From assembly GCA_963758525.1 (NCBI GenBank), contig CAVWVQ010000003.1, positions 3,968,001-4,032,000 on the forward strand: DNA of 64,000 nt. Reading direction: 5' to 3'. The stretch is from an uncultured Phycisphaerales bacterium. GTDB lineage: Bacteria > Planctomycetota > Phycisphaerae > Tepidisphaerales > Tepidisphaeraceae. The notes below the pieces were generated by a model, which did not search any database, was not told the DNA's origin, and saw only the letters and a list, made by a program, of their open reading frames with translations. The translations under genes were made by a program, and so were the position numbers. Numbering within the stretch: the first letter of the stretch is position 1; each line of letters begins with the position of its first letter. Of the stretch, positions 40,189 to 50,997 are shown piece after piece.

Positions 40189-40542
40189 TCAGCGTGGTAA
40201 CGCGCACCACCGACAACTGCACTTCTCCCCGGCCATGACCGCGGGTCTGAAATGCCGGTCCACCGGACAATGCTCATCGGCTGACTTGGCTTTGTCGCGC
40301 GTGGGGCACCCGCATCCGTCCACCGCTGGATCCCGGTCAATCAATTGCAAAAATGGTGTTCCGCAGTACGACACGCCGCGCCGGAGGACGCGCATCGAGC
40401 ATGTCTCGCAGGCGGCGGCTCGAGAAGTCCAGGCAACCGCCGTGGGGGTAATCCCCAGTCGCCGCAGTCGAGCGGAAGCTCCTTTCGCCATTGCCCGGGA
40501 GATCGAGCGAAACGAATTCGTCGGGCATGTGAAGCAAGCCAT
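40189..40542 (-). CDS. Small cysteine-rich hypothetical protein
   Basis: MACFTC...CETC...YCG...GCGCP...HCP...CSCRWC; it appears fused to the upstream ORF only through an apparent frameshift. Confidence 0.6.
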   Translation of the reverse strand: MACFTCPTNSFRSISRAMAKGASARLRRLGITPTAVAWTSRAAACETCSMRVLRRGVSYCGTPFLQLIDRDPAVDGCGCPTRDKAKSADEHCPVDRHFRPAVMAGEKCSCRWCALPR

Positions 40543-40549
40543 GCACTTA

Positions 40550-41214
40550 TTATCGGATCTTCCCAGAAGAGTCTTGCACAGTTTCCCAGCGCATTTCTGC
40601 AGCCGTCGAAGGCTGCCAGAGTCGATGCCGCTCAGCTCAGATTTGTCCAACTCGATCCCAACCGGACTCGCACGAAAGATGGTGGCAAAAAACACGCACG
40701 CCGCCAGGTACGATCCGGCGGTGTTCGGATGGCTTTTGTCGCGGTCGTGCAATGTCAGCGTCGGCTTGTCGCGCAGCCAACGCTGCCATGCGACTCCGAC
40801 GGGCGCGATGAGCGCGCCAAGTTCGCGGCCGATGCTTACGTAGGCGTCGGTGAGTTCATCCTGCCTATCGAGTTCCCCGGCTCGCGACCACGTCAGATAG
40901 AGTATGGTCCTGGCCTTGCGACGGCGTATTTCAGCGTCGAACAGCCGGATGCTCTCATGCATCCGCTGGCGGTTCTTCAGCGGCAGCGTGCTCTGTTCCT
41001 GAAGCACGACATAATCCCACGCCGTCCGCTGAATCGCTTCGATCGCCACGCCTTGCTTCCAATGCGTTTTGAGCGCCATCCCATTGGCAATCACACGTTG
41101 GCTCTCAAACTTCCTGGGCGGCTCGGAAGATGCGGCCAGACGACTGATCATCGTCGGCAGATCGTTGCGGTTGGTGAAGCTGTTGCCGATGAACAACGCT
41201 TTCGTAGCCGGCAT
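40550..41214 (-). CDS. SGNH/GDSL hydrolase-family protein; apparent frameshift near 40590
   Basis: LFIGNSFT, WDYVVLQEQS, APVG.AW and DKSHP..AGSYLAA; the shifted frame gives AWETVQDSSGKIR*. Confidence 0.85.
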
Positions 41215-41287
41215 CAAAGTCCTTCGGGTTTCCAGGGCCAGTGAGTGCCGCGCACGGCTACGAGAGCCCACCCGCAATTGCCAGCAC

Positions 41288-42278
41288 TCATTCCCCGACC
41301 GGCGTCCAACTGCTGTCAGGGTTGTAAGCGGTAATATGACGGGCGATCTGATTCGTATCGATGCCAAGGTCCTTCTGGTACACCTTTCCGCGCTGGTTCA
41401 CGATAAAAGTCATAATCCCCGACGATCCGTATTCCGCCGGATAGGCTATCAGCGCAAAGCCGGCCACCATGTTTCCGTTGATCGTGTAATCGTATTGGCC
41501 GCCCGGCGCAGCCGGACCTTGCCGCCTCAACACGCGAAAGCGATAGCCGTGATACGGCGCCGGCTTCCCGGGCGTTGGCTCATAGCCTTCCATTTTCGCC
41601 TGCGCGACGAGCTGCGCGAGCGGGCTGGGGTCCTGACCGGCGGAGGCAGTCCAGTACAAGCCGTCCATCTTTCCCGGCGTGCTTAAAATTTTCTGGGCGT
41701 ATTTGACCACGTCGCTGCCGTCCCAATCCCTGCTCGCGTATTCGCGCTGGGCGTCCACGTAAATCCGACAGATTTGTATCGCCTCCAGCTCATTTTTCCC
41801 GATCCGTCGAGCGAGGATCTCCGCCTTGCCGGATTCGGTATCGAGGAACCACTTGCCGTCCGATCTCCGCACGATCGGAATCGGGAAACGCCAGTCATCT
41901 TTGCCGACATGGAGGATGGACGTCGAATCATCCATCTTTTCCAGTTGCGCACGTTCGCTCGCGCGGGCGGCAAAGTCTTTGAAGGCGTTCGCGTCTTCGA
42001 CCTTGTCGCCTGAAACCAGTTCTTTCCATGCCGGGCCAAGAAGCTGATGCACTCGTTCATGGTCCTGCACTTGACGGCGGCCAGCAGCGCGGTCACCACT
42101 GCATCATCGCTGTCAAACAACGGCTGGCCGCGACCGGGTTCGCCGGGCGCTGCGCCGACGTCTGAGCTGAGATCGGGACCGTCGGCGAACTGGCGGTGCA
42201 TCCGCTCGTGACCAACATGCTCCCGCCAAACAGACCCGTCACAAGCCATCCGAATATTCCGCGCCGTGGGATTTTCAT
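41288..42278 (-). CDS. DUF2950-family exported protein; frameshifts near 42070-42125
   Basis: WRFPIPIV, EILARRIGKNEL, AQREY, DGLYW, PYHGYRFR, AYPAEYG.SG.MTFIVN and YQKDLG. Confidence 0.85.
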
Positions 42279-42343
42279 AGGTCTCTGCTCGCGATCGATG
42301 TCCGATTGATCCTCTGCAGCCAGCCGGTGATCCGCAATGGTGG

Positions 42344-42700
42344 CTATCGATGTCCGCCGCCGCCGCCCGAATGTCCTCCGCCGCCGCCACCAAAGTGTCC
42401 GCCGTCGCTGAAATGTCCCCCGGCACGTGCTCCGAGGGATGCGCGGCCTCTTGCGCCTTCGCGGTCGCCGCCGTCGTGACCAAACGCGTGATAGTCGTGA
42501 TAGTGGTGATAGTCGTGATAGTGGTGATCCCTGTCATACCATCCGTAGTAGCCGCCGTAGCCATAGTCGTAGTAACCCAGTTGGCCGTTCCACTCAGGAC
42601 TGTCGTCGTAACCGACGGGGACGCAACCGACCGCACTCAGCAGCATGGCCACGGCAAGCGGTAACATCCACATCGCCGCTCTTCGTTTTGTCCTTGTCAT
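42344..42700 (-). CDS. Small Gly/His/Tyr-rich predicted lipoprotein
   Basis: Signal with SAVGC; HYHDYHHYHDYH tract and Gly-rich tail; GGAG RBS. Confidence 0.6.
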   Translation of the reverse strand: MTRTKRRAAMWMLPLAVAMLLSAVGCVPVGYDDSPEWNGQLGYYDYGYGGYYGWYDRDHHYHDYHHYHDYHAFGHDGGDREGARGRASLGARAGGHFSDGGHFGGGGGGHSGGGGGHR

Positions 42701-42954
42701 GATTGCATCTCCGCCCCAGCCAATCATATTAGATGTGCGCAGCCGATTTGCGGAACGCCAATTCTTGTCGCCGGCGGACGGGGTTCCACGGCGTGTGGCC
42801 AAAAACAGGAGTCGGCCTTCTGCCTCTCTGTAGCACAGCCGTCTCGGCTGTGATTTCGGGCCACAGCCGAGACGGCCGTGCTACGCAAGTGCGTCAATTG
42901 TTGCTAGAAGATGCACGGCAGCGGGGGAGTCGGTAGCATTTCAACGGGCAACGC

Positions 42955-44613
42955 ATGCAATTCCAAACTGCCGCGCAAATTCCGGGGGACGTGGCACGCG
43001 CTTCTGAGGTGGCGCGGGTGCTGATCAAATACGGACTTGCCGAATGGCTCAAGGGAACAGAGTGGGAGCCGGTGCGGCGGATGCTCACCAGCCATGCCGG
43101 CGAGATTCTGACGGACCAGGATTTTGCCGTTCGCGTTCGGCTCGCGCTCACTGACCTTGGCACCACCTTCGTCAAGCTGGGGCAGGTGTTGGGCACCCGG
43201 CCGGATCTGGTCGGCCCGGAAGTGGCTCATGAGTTGTCGCGCTTGCAGAGCGGGACGCCTCCCGATGCGCCCGGGGTTGCGCTCGCAACGATCGAGAAGG
43301 AACTGGCGCGGCCCATCGCCGAATGCTTCCTCGACTTTGAACCGACGGCGATGGCCTCGGCGTCGATCGGGCAGGTGCATCGCGCCAAGCTGCTCGACGG
43401 ACGCCCCGTGGTTGTCAAGGTGCAGCACCCTGGCATCGAAGCGACGATCCGCCGCGACCTGAGCATCCTTTCCACGTTTGCCGCGCTGGCAGAGCGACAG
43501 GAGGAGCTGAAGCACTATCAGCCCGTCGCGGTGGTGCGCGAGTTTCGCCAGACGCTCATGCGCGAGCTCGATTTCCGCCGGGAGATGCGCAATCTTCAGC
43601 AGTTCCGCCAGAACTTCACCGCCGATGAGACGGTTGCATTTCCCAAACCCTATCCGGACATGAGCGGCGGCCGGGTGCTGACCATGCAATTGCTGAAGGG
43701 GACCAGCGTGGGCGACGGGACGAAACTGCGTCAGAAGCAGATTGACTGCGCGGCCGTGGCGCGCCAGGGAGCCGGGGTGTTCGTGCAGATGATTTTCCGC
43801 GACGGGTTTTATCATGCCGATCCGCATCCGGGGAATATTCTGGTCATGAGCAAGGGGCGCGTCGGAATACTCGATGCCGGGATGGTGGGGCGGATCGACG
43901 ACGAGCTGCGCGAACACATCGTGGAGATTCTGCTGGCCGCCGCCGATCGCGACGCGGCGCGGCTCGCCGACGTTATCGCCATCATCTGCAAGGCGCCGGC
44001 AACCCTCGACCGCGCCGGCGTGAGCGCCGACCTCATGGAAGTCTTCGGCCAGTACGGCACGCAGGCGGTCGATCAATTCGACGTCGGCGGCGCGCTCACC
44101 GCCGTCACGAGGATTCTGCACGAATACAAGCTGTTCATGCCCAGCCGGCTCTCAATGCTCATCAAGTGCCTGATCGTCTTGGAGGGAACCGGGAAAGGGC
44201 TCAGCGCCAATTTCAGTTTGGCCGAGCTGCTCGCGCCCTATCGTCGCCAGTTTGTGCTGCGGCAATTCTCCCCCGAAACCTGGCTGCGCAAGGCCAAGCG
44301 CCTGAAGCGCGACTGGGAATTGCTGGCTGAATCAATTCCGCGCGGTTTCAACAATCTGCTGGAACAACTGCAGGCAGGGCAGTTCGCCATTCGTTTCAAA
44401 GATCCGCAGTTGGAAACTTCGGTCAACCGGATGGTCTATGGCTTATGCACCAGCGCGCTGCTGCTTGCCTCGGCAATGCTGTGGGTGCATGACGTACCCC
44501 CGACCATTCATGGGACATCCATTCTCGGCGCCGCCGGTTACCTCGTCGCCATGTTTCTCGCCGCCCGCGTGCTCTGGCAAATCCGCGGGTCGGAAAAAGG
44601 GAACAAGGATTGA
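42955..44613 (+). CDS. ABC1/UbiB-family atypical kinase
   Basis: LGTTFVKLGQ, ASASIGQVHRA, VVVKVQHPG, ELDF and YHADPHPGN..LDAGMVG. Confidence 0.92.
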   Translation: MQFQTAAQIPGDVARASEVARVLIKYGLAEWLKGTEWEPVRRMLTSHAGEILTDQDFAVRVRLALTDLGTTFVKLGQVLGTRPDLVGPEVAHELSRLQSGTPPDAPGVALATIEKELARPIAECFLDFEPTAMASASIGQVHRAKLLDGRPVVVKVQHPGIEATIRRDLSILSTFAALAERQEELKHYQPVAVVREFRQTLMRELDFRREMRNLQQFRQNFTADETVAFPKPYPDMSGGRVLTMQLLKGTSVGDGTKLRQKQIDCAAVARQGAGVFVQMIFRDGFYHADPHPGNILVMSKGRVGILDAGMVGRIDDELREHIVEILLAAADRDAARLADVIAIICKAPATLDRAGVSADLMEVFGQYGTQAVDQFDVGGALTAVTRILHEYKLFMPSRLSMLIKCLIVLEGTGKGLSANFSLAELLAPYRRQFVLRQFSPETWLRKAKRLKRDWELLAESIPRGFNNLLEQLQAGQFAIRFKDPQLETSVNRMVYGLCTSALLLASAMLWVHDVPPTIHGTSILGAAGYLVAMFLAARVLWQIRGSEKGNKD

Positions 44614-44787
44614 AGTGGAACAGGCGGGCCCCGAGTACTGTGCCGCCGAGATTCGATCAGTTAGGATAGAAAGCATGCGTCTTCGGTTCACAAGTTGATG
44701 ATAATACTGAATGCGGAACCGAAGGAAGCAGATGAGAGCAGTTCGTGGCCAGCCGTTTCGACACGCTGAACTGCGAAAATGAGGTGA

Positions 44788-45045
44788 ATGGCGATGGTTG
44801 CGACAATCGTTTTCAAGGGCGTCGTTCATGGAAAGACCATCGAATTGGATCACGAACCGGGTCTGCCAGACGGACAGCAGGTCAATGTGACGGTTCAGCC
44901 CACTGCCGAAAGCCGGATGCTGGCACCCGGTGAAGGGCTGCGACGTTCGTTTGGGGCGTGGGCGGAGGATGCGGACGAACTCGATCAGTTCCTTGAGTGG
45001 AATCGCCAGCGACGAAAGTTAGGTCGTGAGGAACTCGGTTCATGA
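44788..45045 (+). CDS. Putative antitoxin
   Basis: GVVHGKTIEL..PGLPDGQ.V.V; ATGA overlap with the downstream PIN gene. Confidence 0.7.
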   Translation: MAMVATIVFKGVVHGKTIELDHEPGLPDGQQVNVTVQPTAESRMLAPGEGLRRSFGAWAEDADELDQFLEWNRQRRKLGREELGS

Positions 45046-45440
45046 GCTTCCTCCTCGACACAGATATTTGTTCTGCCTATCTCAAAGGTGATCGTTTGGT
45101 GGGGAATCGTTTTCTGCAGTATACCGGCGGTCTGCGCGTCTCAATGATCACGCTGGGAGAGCTCTATACCTGGGTTTTGCGAGCAAAGGCTTCGCCAAAA
45201 CGAGCGCAGGCGCTCATTGACCTGCTGAACGACGTGACCGTGCTGGATGTGACGTCAGACGTAGCACACAAGTTCGGAGAGATGCGGGCTGACTTGCTCG
45301 AACGGGGCTTGCCGCCCTCGGATTTGGACCTGCTAAATGCGGCCACCGCGCTTGTACATAATCTCACCTTGGTTACTCATAACACACGCGACTATCTGAC
45401 GGTTCCCGGTCTGCATCTCGCGGACTGGCTCATTCCGTAA
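45042..45440 (+). CDS. vapC: VapC/PIN toxin
   Basis: FLLDTDICS, ITLGEL and DLL.AATAL...LTLVTHN..DY. Confidence 0.9.
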   Translation: MSFLLDTDICSAYLKGDRLVGNRFLQYTGGLRVSMITLGELYTWVLRAKASPKRAQALIDLLNDVTVLDVTSDVAHKFGEMRADLLERGLPPSDLDLLNAATALVHNLTLVTHNTRDYLTVPGLHLADWLIP

Positions 45441-45476
45441 ATAGTCTACGCGCTCGCCGCAAACCTCCATCAGTGC

Positions 45477-46219
45477 TCATCGCCCCGCGACAGTCGTTCT
45501 CTCTGTCGTTTCGGCGGTCTGAACTTTTCCGCGAAGCTCGGCGCGGATCGCGTTGGCGCGGTCCAGCGTCATGGAGCCGTCGGGGCTGCTGCCGACGATG
45601 CAAAAGAGCCCGCCGCCGGAGGTGAAAGAGGCGATGGGATGGCCCGCTTCGATTTGATCGAAGGACGCGTTGTTTTTCGCGGTGGCAACCATGCGAGCGG
45701 GGAGTGAGAAGACCGAGACGTCTTCCTTGCCGCGCTTGAACACCAGATGCGCCGAATCCTGCGAGCCGACGGGGCAGATCAAAGCGCCCGGAAGCTCCAG
45801 TCATCGCCGGGCGATCCCGCCAGGACGGGCCAGCCCAGACGCCGGCTCAGCACGGCGGCAATCGCCGCGTAATTACTGCGGGGAATGCCGGGCATGTGGT
45901 GATCCTCGTGGCTGCAACACTCGTCGTGACGGTCCACCAACTCAGATGCCAGCGGTTCGGGCAACGTTGCCGCGGCGACTTGCGTCGGCGGGGTGACGCC
46001 ACGCATCCGATATCCCACCAGTGCCAGGCCGATCAGCACCACAGCCGCCGCCGCGAGCGCGAACCGCAAGGCGCGTCTCGCCACGCCGGATGGCGAACGC
46101 GACGAGGCGCTGCGGACGCGCTCGATCAACTCCGGGGGCGCAACATCATCTTTCCAGGCGCGGCGGATCGCGTCCTTCAATGCACCATCATCGAACGTTT
46201 CAAAATCCTTCGGTTCCAT
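45477..46219 (-). CDS. Putative membrane anti-sigma factor; frameshift near 45780
   Basis: Downstream of the ECF sigma gene; APPELIERV, one TM helix (FALAAAAVVLIGL) and a periplasmic domain. Confidence 0.65.
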
Positions 46220-46332
46220 CGCACTTCGCCCACTCGCCCGCGCCGCCACGTTTCGCCCCCTTGCGAACATTATCAGACACCGGGAATCAGCGCGTGCATT
46301 GCTACGGGCTCTTAACCGCTCGTGCCGCTTCG

Positions 46333-46875
46333 CTATTCCCGGATCATCCGCCTTTCCTGCCCGAAGGCGTGCAATGATTTGAGCAGCAACTGGCGAGCGC
46401 GGTGCAACCGGCTCATGACCGTGCCAATCGGAGACTCGATGGCCTCGGCAATTTCCTTGTAAGAGAAGTCTTCCACGGCCCACAGCATCAGCACCGCCTG
46501 ATATTCTTCCGGCAGAGCATGCAAGGCCTTGACCAGCTCCTCGTCCATGTTCTGAAACTGGTCGCGCACGATCGGAATGCCGGCGCCGTGGTCATCGCCC
46601 CACGTTTCCAGCGACTCGGCATCGGCTGATCGAGGCTGATGGCTTTCGCGCTCCGCCCGGCTCAAATGCACGTTGCGCATGATGCGCACGAGCCACGGGC
46701 GAATCCCATATTCCTTGAGGTCGAAGCTGTCGCGCGAACGCAGCGCACGCAGAAACGTCTCCTGCACCAGATCGCATGCACGGTCGGAGTTGCGCGTCAG
46801 CCGGCGCGCGGTCCGATAGAGCATGTCCATCTGCTCCATCGCCAGCGCCTCGAATTGAGCTTGCGAAAGTTTCAC
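46333..46875 (-). CDS. ECF sigma-70 factor
   Basis: LYRTARRLT, DLVQETFLRA, WL.RIMRN and SYKEIAE....PIGTVMSRLHRAR. Confidence 0.93.
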   Translation of the reverse strand: MKLSQAQFEALAMEQMDMLYRTARRLTRNSDRACDLVQETFLRALRSRDSFDLKEYGIRPWLVRIMRNVHLSRAERESHQPRSADAESLETWGDDHGAGIPIVRDQFQNMDEELVKALHALPEEYQAVLMLWAVEDFSYKEIAEAIESPIGTVMSRLHRARQLLLKSLHAFGQERRMIRE

Positions 46876-46989
46876 CGATCCGCACCCGAGTCGTTACTCA
46901 ATCATCCACCGCAATCGCGCGCTACCGAATCACACTTCTGAAAACCGTTTGTTGAGGGTTCAGGGTGTCAAGTTCAGCACTATTTTTCG

Positions 46990-47087
46990 CTGAACCCTGA
47001 ACCCTGAACCCTGAACCCTGAACCCTGAACCCTGAACCCTGAACCCTGAACCTGAACCCTGAGACCCTGAACCCTGAATCCTGAACC
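46990..47087. repeat. (CTGAACC)n heptamer tandem repeat, about 14 units
   Basis: Directly visible; an inverted copy gggttcaggg lies at about 46956. Confidence 0.95.
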
Positions 47088-47099
47088 CGCACGCTTTCA

Positions 47100-49612
47100 T
47101 CAAAATTCGATCCGATCGTCCTGATCTTCGATGGATGTCTCTTCATCGTTTTGCACAAATGCCGTGTCGAGCGATCTTACAGTCTGTTCCTCGGAAACGC
47201 CTTCGATAAAGTTGGCATCTTCCGCCTCCCCCGGCGCGGAATCTTCCGCGATCGTCAGTTGCCGCTCCGGCGGCGCCTCTGCCGTCACGCTTTGATCCTC
47301 CGTTGCGGTCGTATCATCTTCCTGAAGTTCGGCCGAGTCGGCGCCCTCACTGATCACTGGCAATTCCCCGCTGCCGATCGTGTCAAGTTCGCCGGTTTGA
47401 TGAGTTGTGGGCGGTTGACTTGCGGGCGGCGCGGGGCTGAGGTTGGCGATGAGCGAGGTATTCAACAGCGCCGCCAGGCTGGCGACGGTCGCCCGTAGCG
47501 CGTCGTCGGAGAGGTCCGGCGCAAGATCCGTCAGCTCCGTCGAAAGCGGCCGCATCTTGTGAAGTTCGGGAATCTCCGGGCGTCCGCACAGGCGCGGAGA
47601 CGCCAATCGGTGCCGGAGCGTGTCCGAAATGGACTTCAGGCGTGCATCGACCCGGCGCAATCTTTTTGCGGCCGCGTCGAGCGCGGCATTGCAGTCCGTA
47701 TAGGTCTTGGCGTATTTCGGAGGAACGATCAGGGCGCCGGTCAGTTCGTGCCGGCTCGAGCGCGTTGCGATCGCGGCAATGCTTTCGGTTGCCTGACGGG
47801 ATTTCTGTTGCAACGCGTCGCGCTCGGCCGCAAGCCGCGGAACCAGCGCGACCGCGCGCGTCAGCAGAAAGTGGGTCGCGAGCCGGGCTTTATAACTCGA
47901 CAATTCCGTCAATTCCGCGATCAGCGCATCCCATCGGTGGTGGGCGCGCCGATGCGCCGCGCGCGCCGCCTGTTGCGCTTCTATCCCGGCGAAGAGGTTC
48001 AACATGCGCCCGCACCACGATTCCGCTTCATCCGCCAACACCGATTGCAGCTTGGGCAGCAGCGTGGTTGTCTGCTGACAGGCATATTCCAACTGCAGCA
48101 GCGGCTCGTCGACACTCTCGGCAAGCTTGATGATGATCGGCGCGGCCGCATTGTCGCCGCCAGGAAGCATTGCAGTGGCGCTCCCGTTGGCTCCGTGACC
48201 GAGCACCGAGTCGTCCGCTGCATTGCGAACCTCGATCGCGCCGCCGTTGCTCGCGCTGACAACGATCGTTGTCGCGCCCACCACGACTTGCTGCTCCAAC
48301 TGGAATGGCCCGAACGCGCCTTCCGCGGACTTGACGAAATAGCCGCCGACCGCATCGCTGTTCAGGCTCGCGATCTGCTGCTCCAGTGCCGCAGCCTTTG
48401 AGAAGAGGTCGATATATTCGCGCCACCGGCCGATCGTTCGCAGCGCCAGCACCTCGGCCCGCGCGCGCAGCAGCGCCGGCTCCAACGCCGCCATGGTTTC
48501 CGTCGCCGTATGTCGGGCAAATTCGACGTCGTCGTCCGCTTCCGCAAGCTTTTGCTTCAAATGCCGCGCGATGACGCACTCGTCCGCAAGCGCATTGGGC
48601 GGCCGCTTGAGATCGATCGAAGCCAGTTGCGCCCGCAACGTTGCGAACCCCTGCGCCGCCTCAGTGTAAGCTGTCGGCAAATGCAGCAGTGACGGCCCCA
48701 ACTCCGATGCCGATGGAATGAGTTGTGCCGCTTGCTCCGCGCTATCAAATTCCGCGGTCACCAATCCCGAGAGCTTGTCGGTTTCGACCGAGAGTTGCGT
48801 CATCGCCGGCGTCAGCTCCGCCGATTCAGCGAGCACCGTCTTCGCCCAGGCCTTGAGCCGGCGCACGTGTTCCCAGGATGGAACCGAAGCCGGGAGATCC
48901 AGGGCGCACTGATCGAATTCGTGAGCCCGATTCCGCAGCTCGGCGGGAATGTCGGGCTCCAGAAAGAGTCGCATTGCCACGCGCGTCTGATGGCCAAATG
49001 CCCGAACCTGCTCGACGTTCGGCCCCGCTGCCTCGCCGGAGAGCGCCGCGATGAGCTCGGCCATCGCGCGACGCATCTGTTCGAGCGTTGCCGGCCCAAA
49101 CCGGTTGATCCGCCCCAGCGGCTCGCCTCCCGCGTTCCGTGAGAAGTCCCCCCGCGCATCGAGAGGGAGCAGCCCCGGGTTGTCGCTCAACCATTGCAGC
49201 GCGATCATATTGACCACCGCTGCCGGGTCGTACGTCCGCCACGCCAGGTACTCGCCGATGCGTTGGATCACGTCCGCGAGGGTGTCCGCGATCTGCCAGT
49301 TGGAGGTGAAAGGCACGCCGTCCGGGGAGATGTTCGGGTGGAATACGTTGACGAGCGGCCGCACCAGCGGCGCCTGAGTCGGATACCCCGGCGGGATCCA
49401 GATCTCCATCGGCACCGCGTTCACGTATTGCAACTGCTCGTCGGCATCGAGCACCAGCGAGCGAACGCGGAAATCCACCTGATAATGCGAGGGAGGATCG
49501 CCGCGCAACGCGGAGACAGCGACAAACGGGTGATATGCGAACGCCCGGTGCGCCCGAGCCACTCGGCGCGCAGCCGCTCGATCTGGCTGTCGCTCCACGC
49601 GACCGGGATCAT
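47100..49612 (-). CDS. Protein with an N-terminal ubiquitin-conjugating enzyme (E2/UBC)-like domain, long helical region and acidic tail; frameshift near 49555
   Basis: Start MIPVAWSDSQIERLRAEW; GDPPSHYQV, IPPGYPTQAP, VFHPNI and W....TLADVI..IGEYLAW..Y. Confidence 0.75.
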
Positions 49613-49871
49613 TGCGAACGCCGGCGGCGGCAACGCAATCCGCCCCACGACCGCGGCAGACGTATCATTCCGCATGCGAGTCTTCCAAAGGTTCAGCGGC
49701 CCGCAACTTTGACGTCACGCGCGGACCGCGCTGCATCGACGAAGCATTCCTCGTCCGCCGGTATCGCGGGGAAGAAAAACCATCGACCGAACTTATCACA
49801 GACGCGCCCGTGACACCGCGCGGCGGCGCGGTTTGTGCGTCGCTCAAGATGTGCCTATACTACCGGCCTTC

Positions 49872-49944
49872 GGGGCCGTAGCTCAATTGGGAGAGCACTG
49901 CCTTTGCAAGGCAGGGGTTGTCGGTTCGAGCCCGTCCGGCTCCA
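49872..49944 (+). tRNA. tRNA-Ala(TGC), CCA not encoded
   Basis: GGGGCCG/CGGCTCC acceptor stem with G3:U70, D-arm TAGCTCAATTGGGAGAGC, anticodon arm CTGCC-TTTGCAA-GGCAG and T-loop GTTCGAG. Confidence 0.97.
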
Positions 49945-49980
49945 TTTCGTGTAAAAGACAACATTGTCACACGCTGGATC

Positions 49981-50006
49981 AAGCCTCGCTTTGCGAGGCT
50001 TTTTTC
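49981..50006 (+). terminator. Intrinsic terminator after tRNA-Ala
   Basis: aagcctcgc-ttt-gcgaggctt followed by a T-run. Confidence 0.85.
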
Positions 50007-50200
50007 ATGGAATGCGCATGCGAAGCCGGTTTCAGAAATACGCGCGGTGGCATCACCAAATCGGGCGGACGAAGCCGAGGCTGCCTGGGCTTGAGCCCCG
50101 TCCACCCCGTGCAGCCGATTGTGCGGCGCGCCAAGGTGTCAGGCGCCATCGCGCGACTACAATCGCAGAGCCGAAGTGAACACAACGCAACGGCAAACTC

Positions 50201-50794
50201 ATGGCGAAGACGAAGCGACAGCGCAAGAGAAACCAGAGCCACAGGGCGGGTGACGCGCTGCTGGTGATCGATGTCATCAACGATCTCGAGTTTCCCGGCG
50301 GGGACAATGTGCTTCCGTGGGCCATGAAAATGGCGAAAACACTTTCGTCCTTCCAGGCAAAAGCCAGACGGGCTGGGATGCCGGTGATTTACGTCAATGA
50401 CAACTTTCAGATGTGGCGCAGCAACTTCAATGACGTGATTCGCCACTGCGAAAGACGCGGGGCAAGAGGCGCCACAACAACCAGGCGGATGCGGCCCAAG
50501 GCGACCGACTACTTTATTCTCAAGCCGAGGCATTCGGCTTTCTTTGCCACATCCCTGTTGCCGCTCCTTCAAGATCTGAACGTCAAGCGGCTGATTCTCT
50601 CTGGAATCGCGACCAATCTCTGCGTTCTTTTCAGCGCTCACGACGCCCAGATGCTCCGCTTTCCAATGGTGGTGCTCTCCGATTGCTGCGCTGCTGAAAG
50701 CGATTTCGATCACGACGTGGCGCTGGGTCAATTGAAGCGGTTCTGCGATGCCGAGGTGTGTCTCAGTACGGAGTTCCGGATCAAGAAGAGATAA
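50201..50794 (+). CDS. Isochorismatase/cysteine hydrolase family protein
   Basis: ALLVIDVIND, PVIYVNDN, LKPRHSAF and GIATNLCVLFSA.DA. Confidence 0.92.
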   Translation: MAKTKRQRKRNQSHRAGDALLVIDVINDLEFPGGDNVLPWAMKMAKTLSSFQAKARRAGMPVIYVNDNFQMWRSNFNDVIRHCERRGARGATTTRRMRPKATDYFILKPRHSAFFATSLLPLLQDLNVKRLILSGIATNLCVLFSAHDAQMLRFPMVVLSDCCAAESDFDHDVALGQLKRFCDAEVCLSTEFRIKKR

Positions 50795-50997
50795 GTCGCC
50801 TCTCCTTTTCTCTTTCCTCACCCAAGTTTTCGTCAGCACCGTTCCCCCGCGCGGCATCCAAGCGGATCGCAACGCCTACAACATGCGGTGATCGCGCATC
50901 GACTGTGCCGGGTCGCGCGTGATCGCTGCCTCTGGAGTTCATCCGCCGGCCGGAAGGCTGCTTCCGCTTCTTCGAATTGCTGTTCGATCGCCGGAGG

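Noticed and set aside
40189..41367. SGNH hydrolase-zinc finger fusion
   Set aside because: A one-base correction gives a normal SGNH end (AWETV..*) and a separate downstream ATG.
49872..49944. tRNA-Ala as an island attachment site
   Set aside because: No integrase nearby and no duplicated tRNA 3' end seen in the window.
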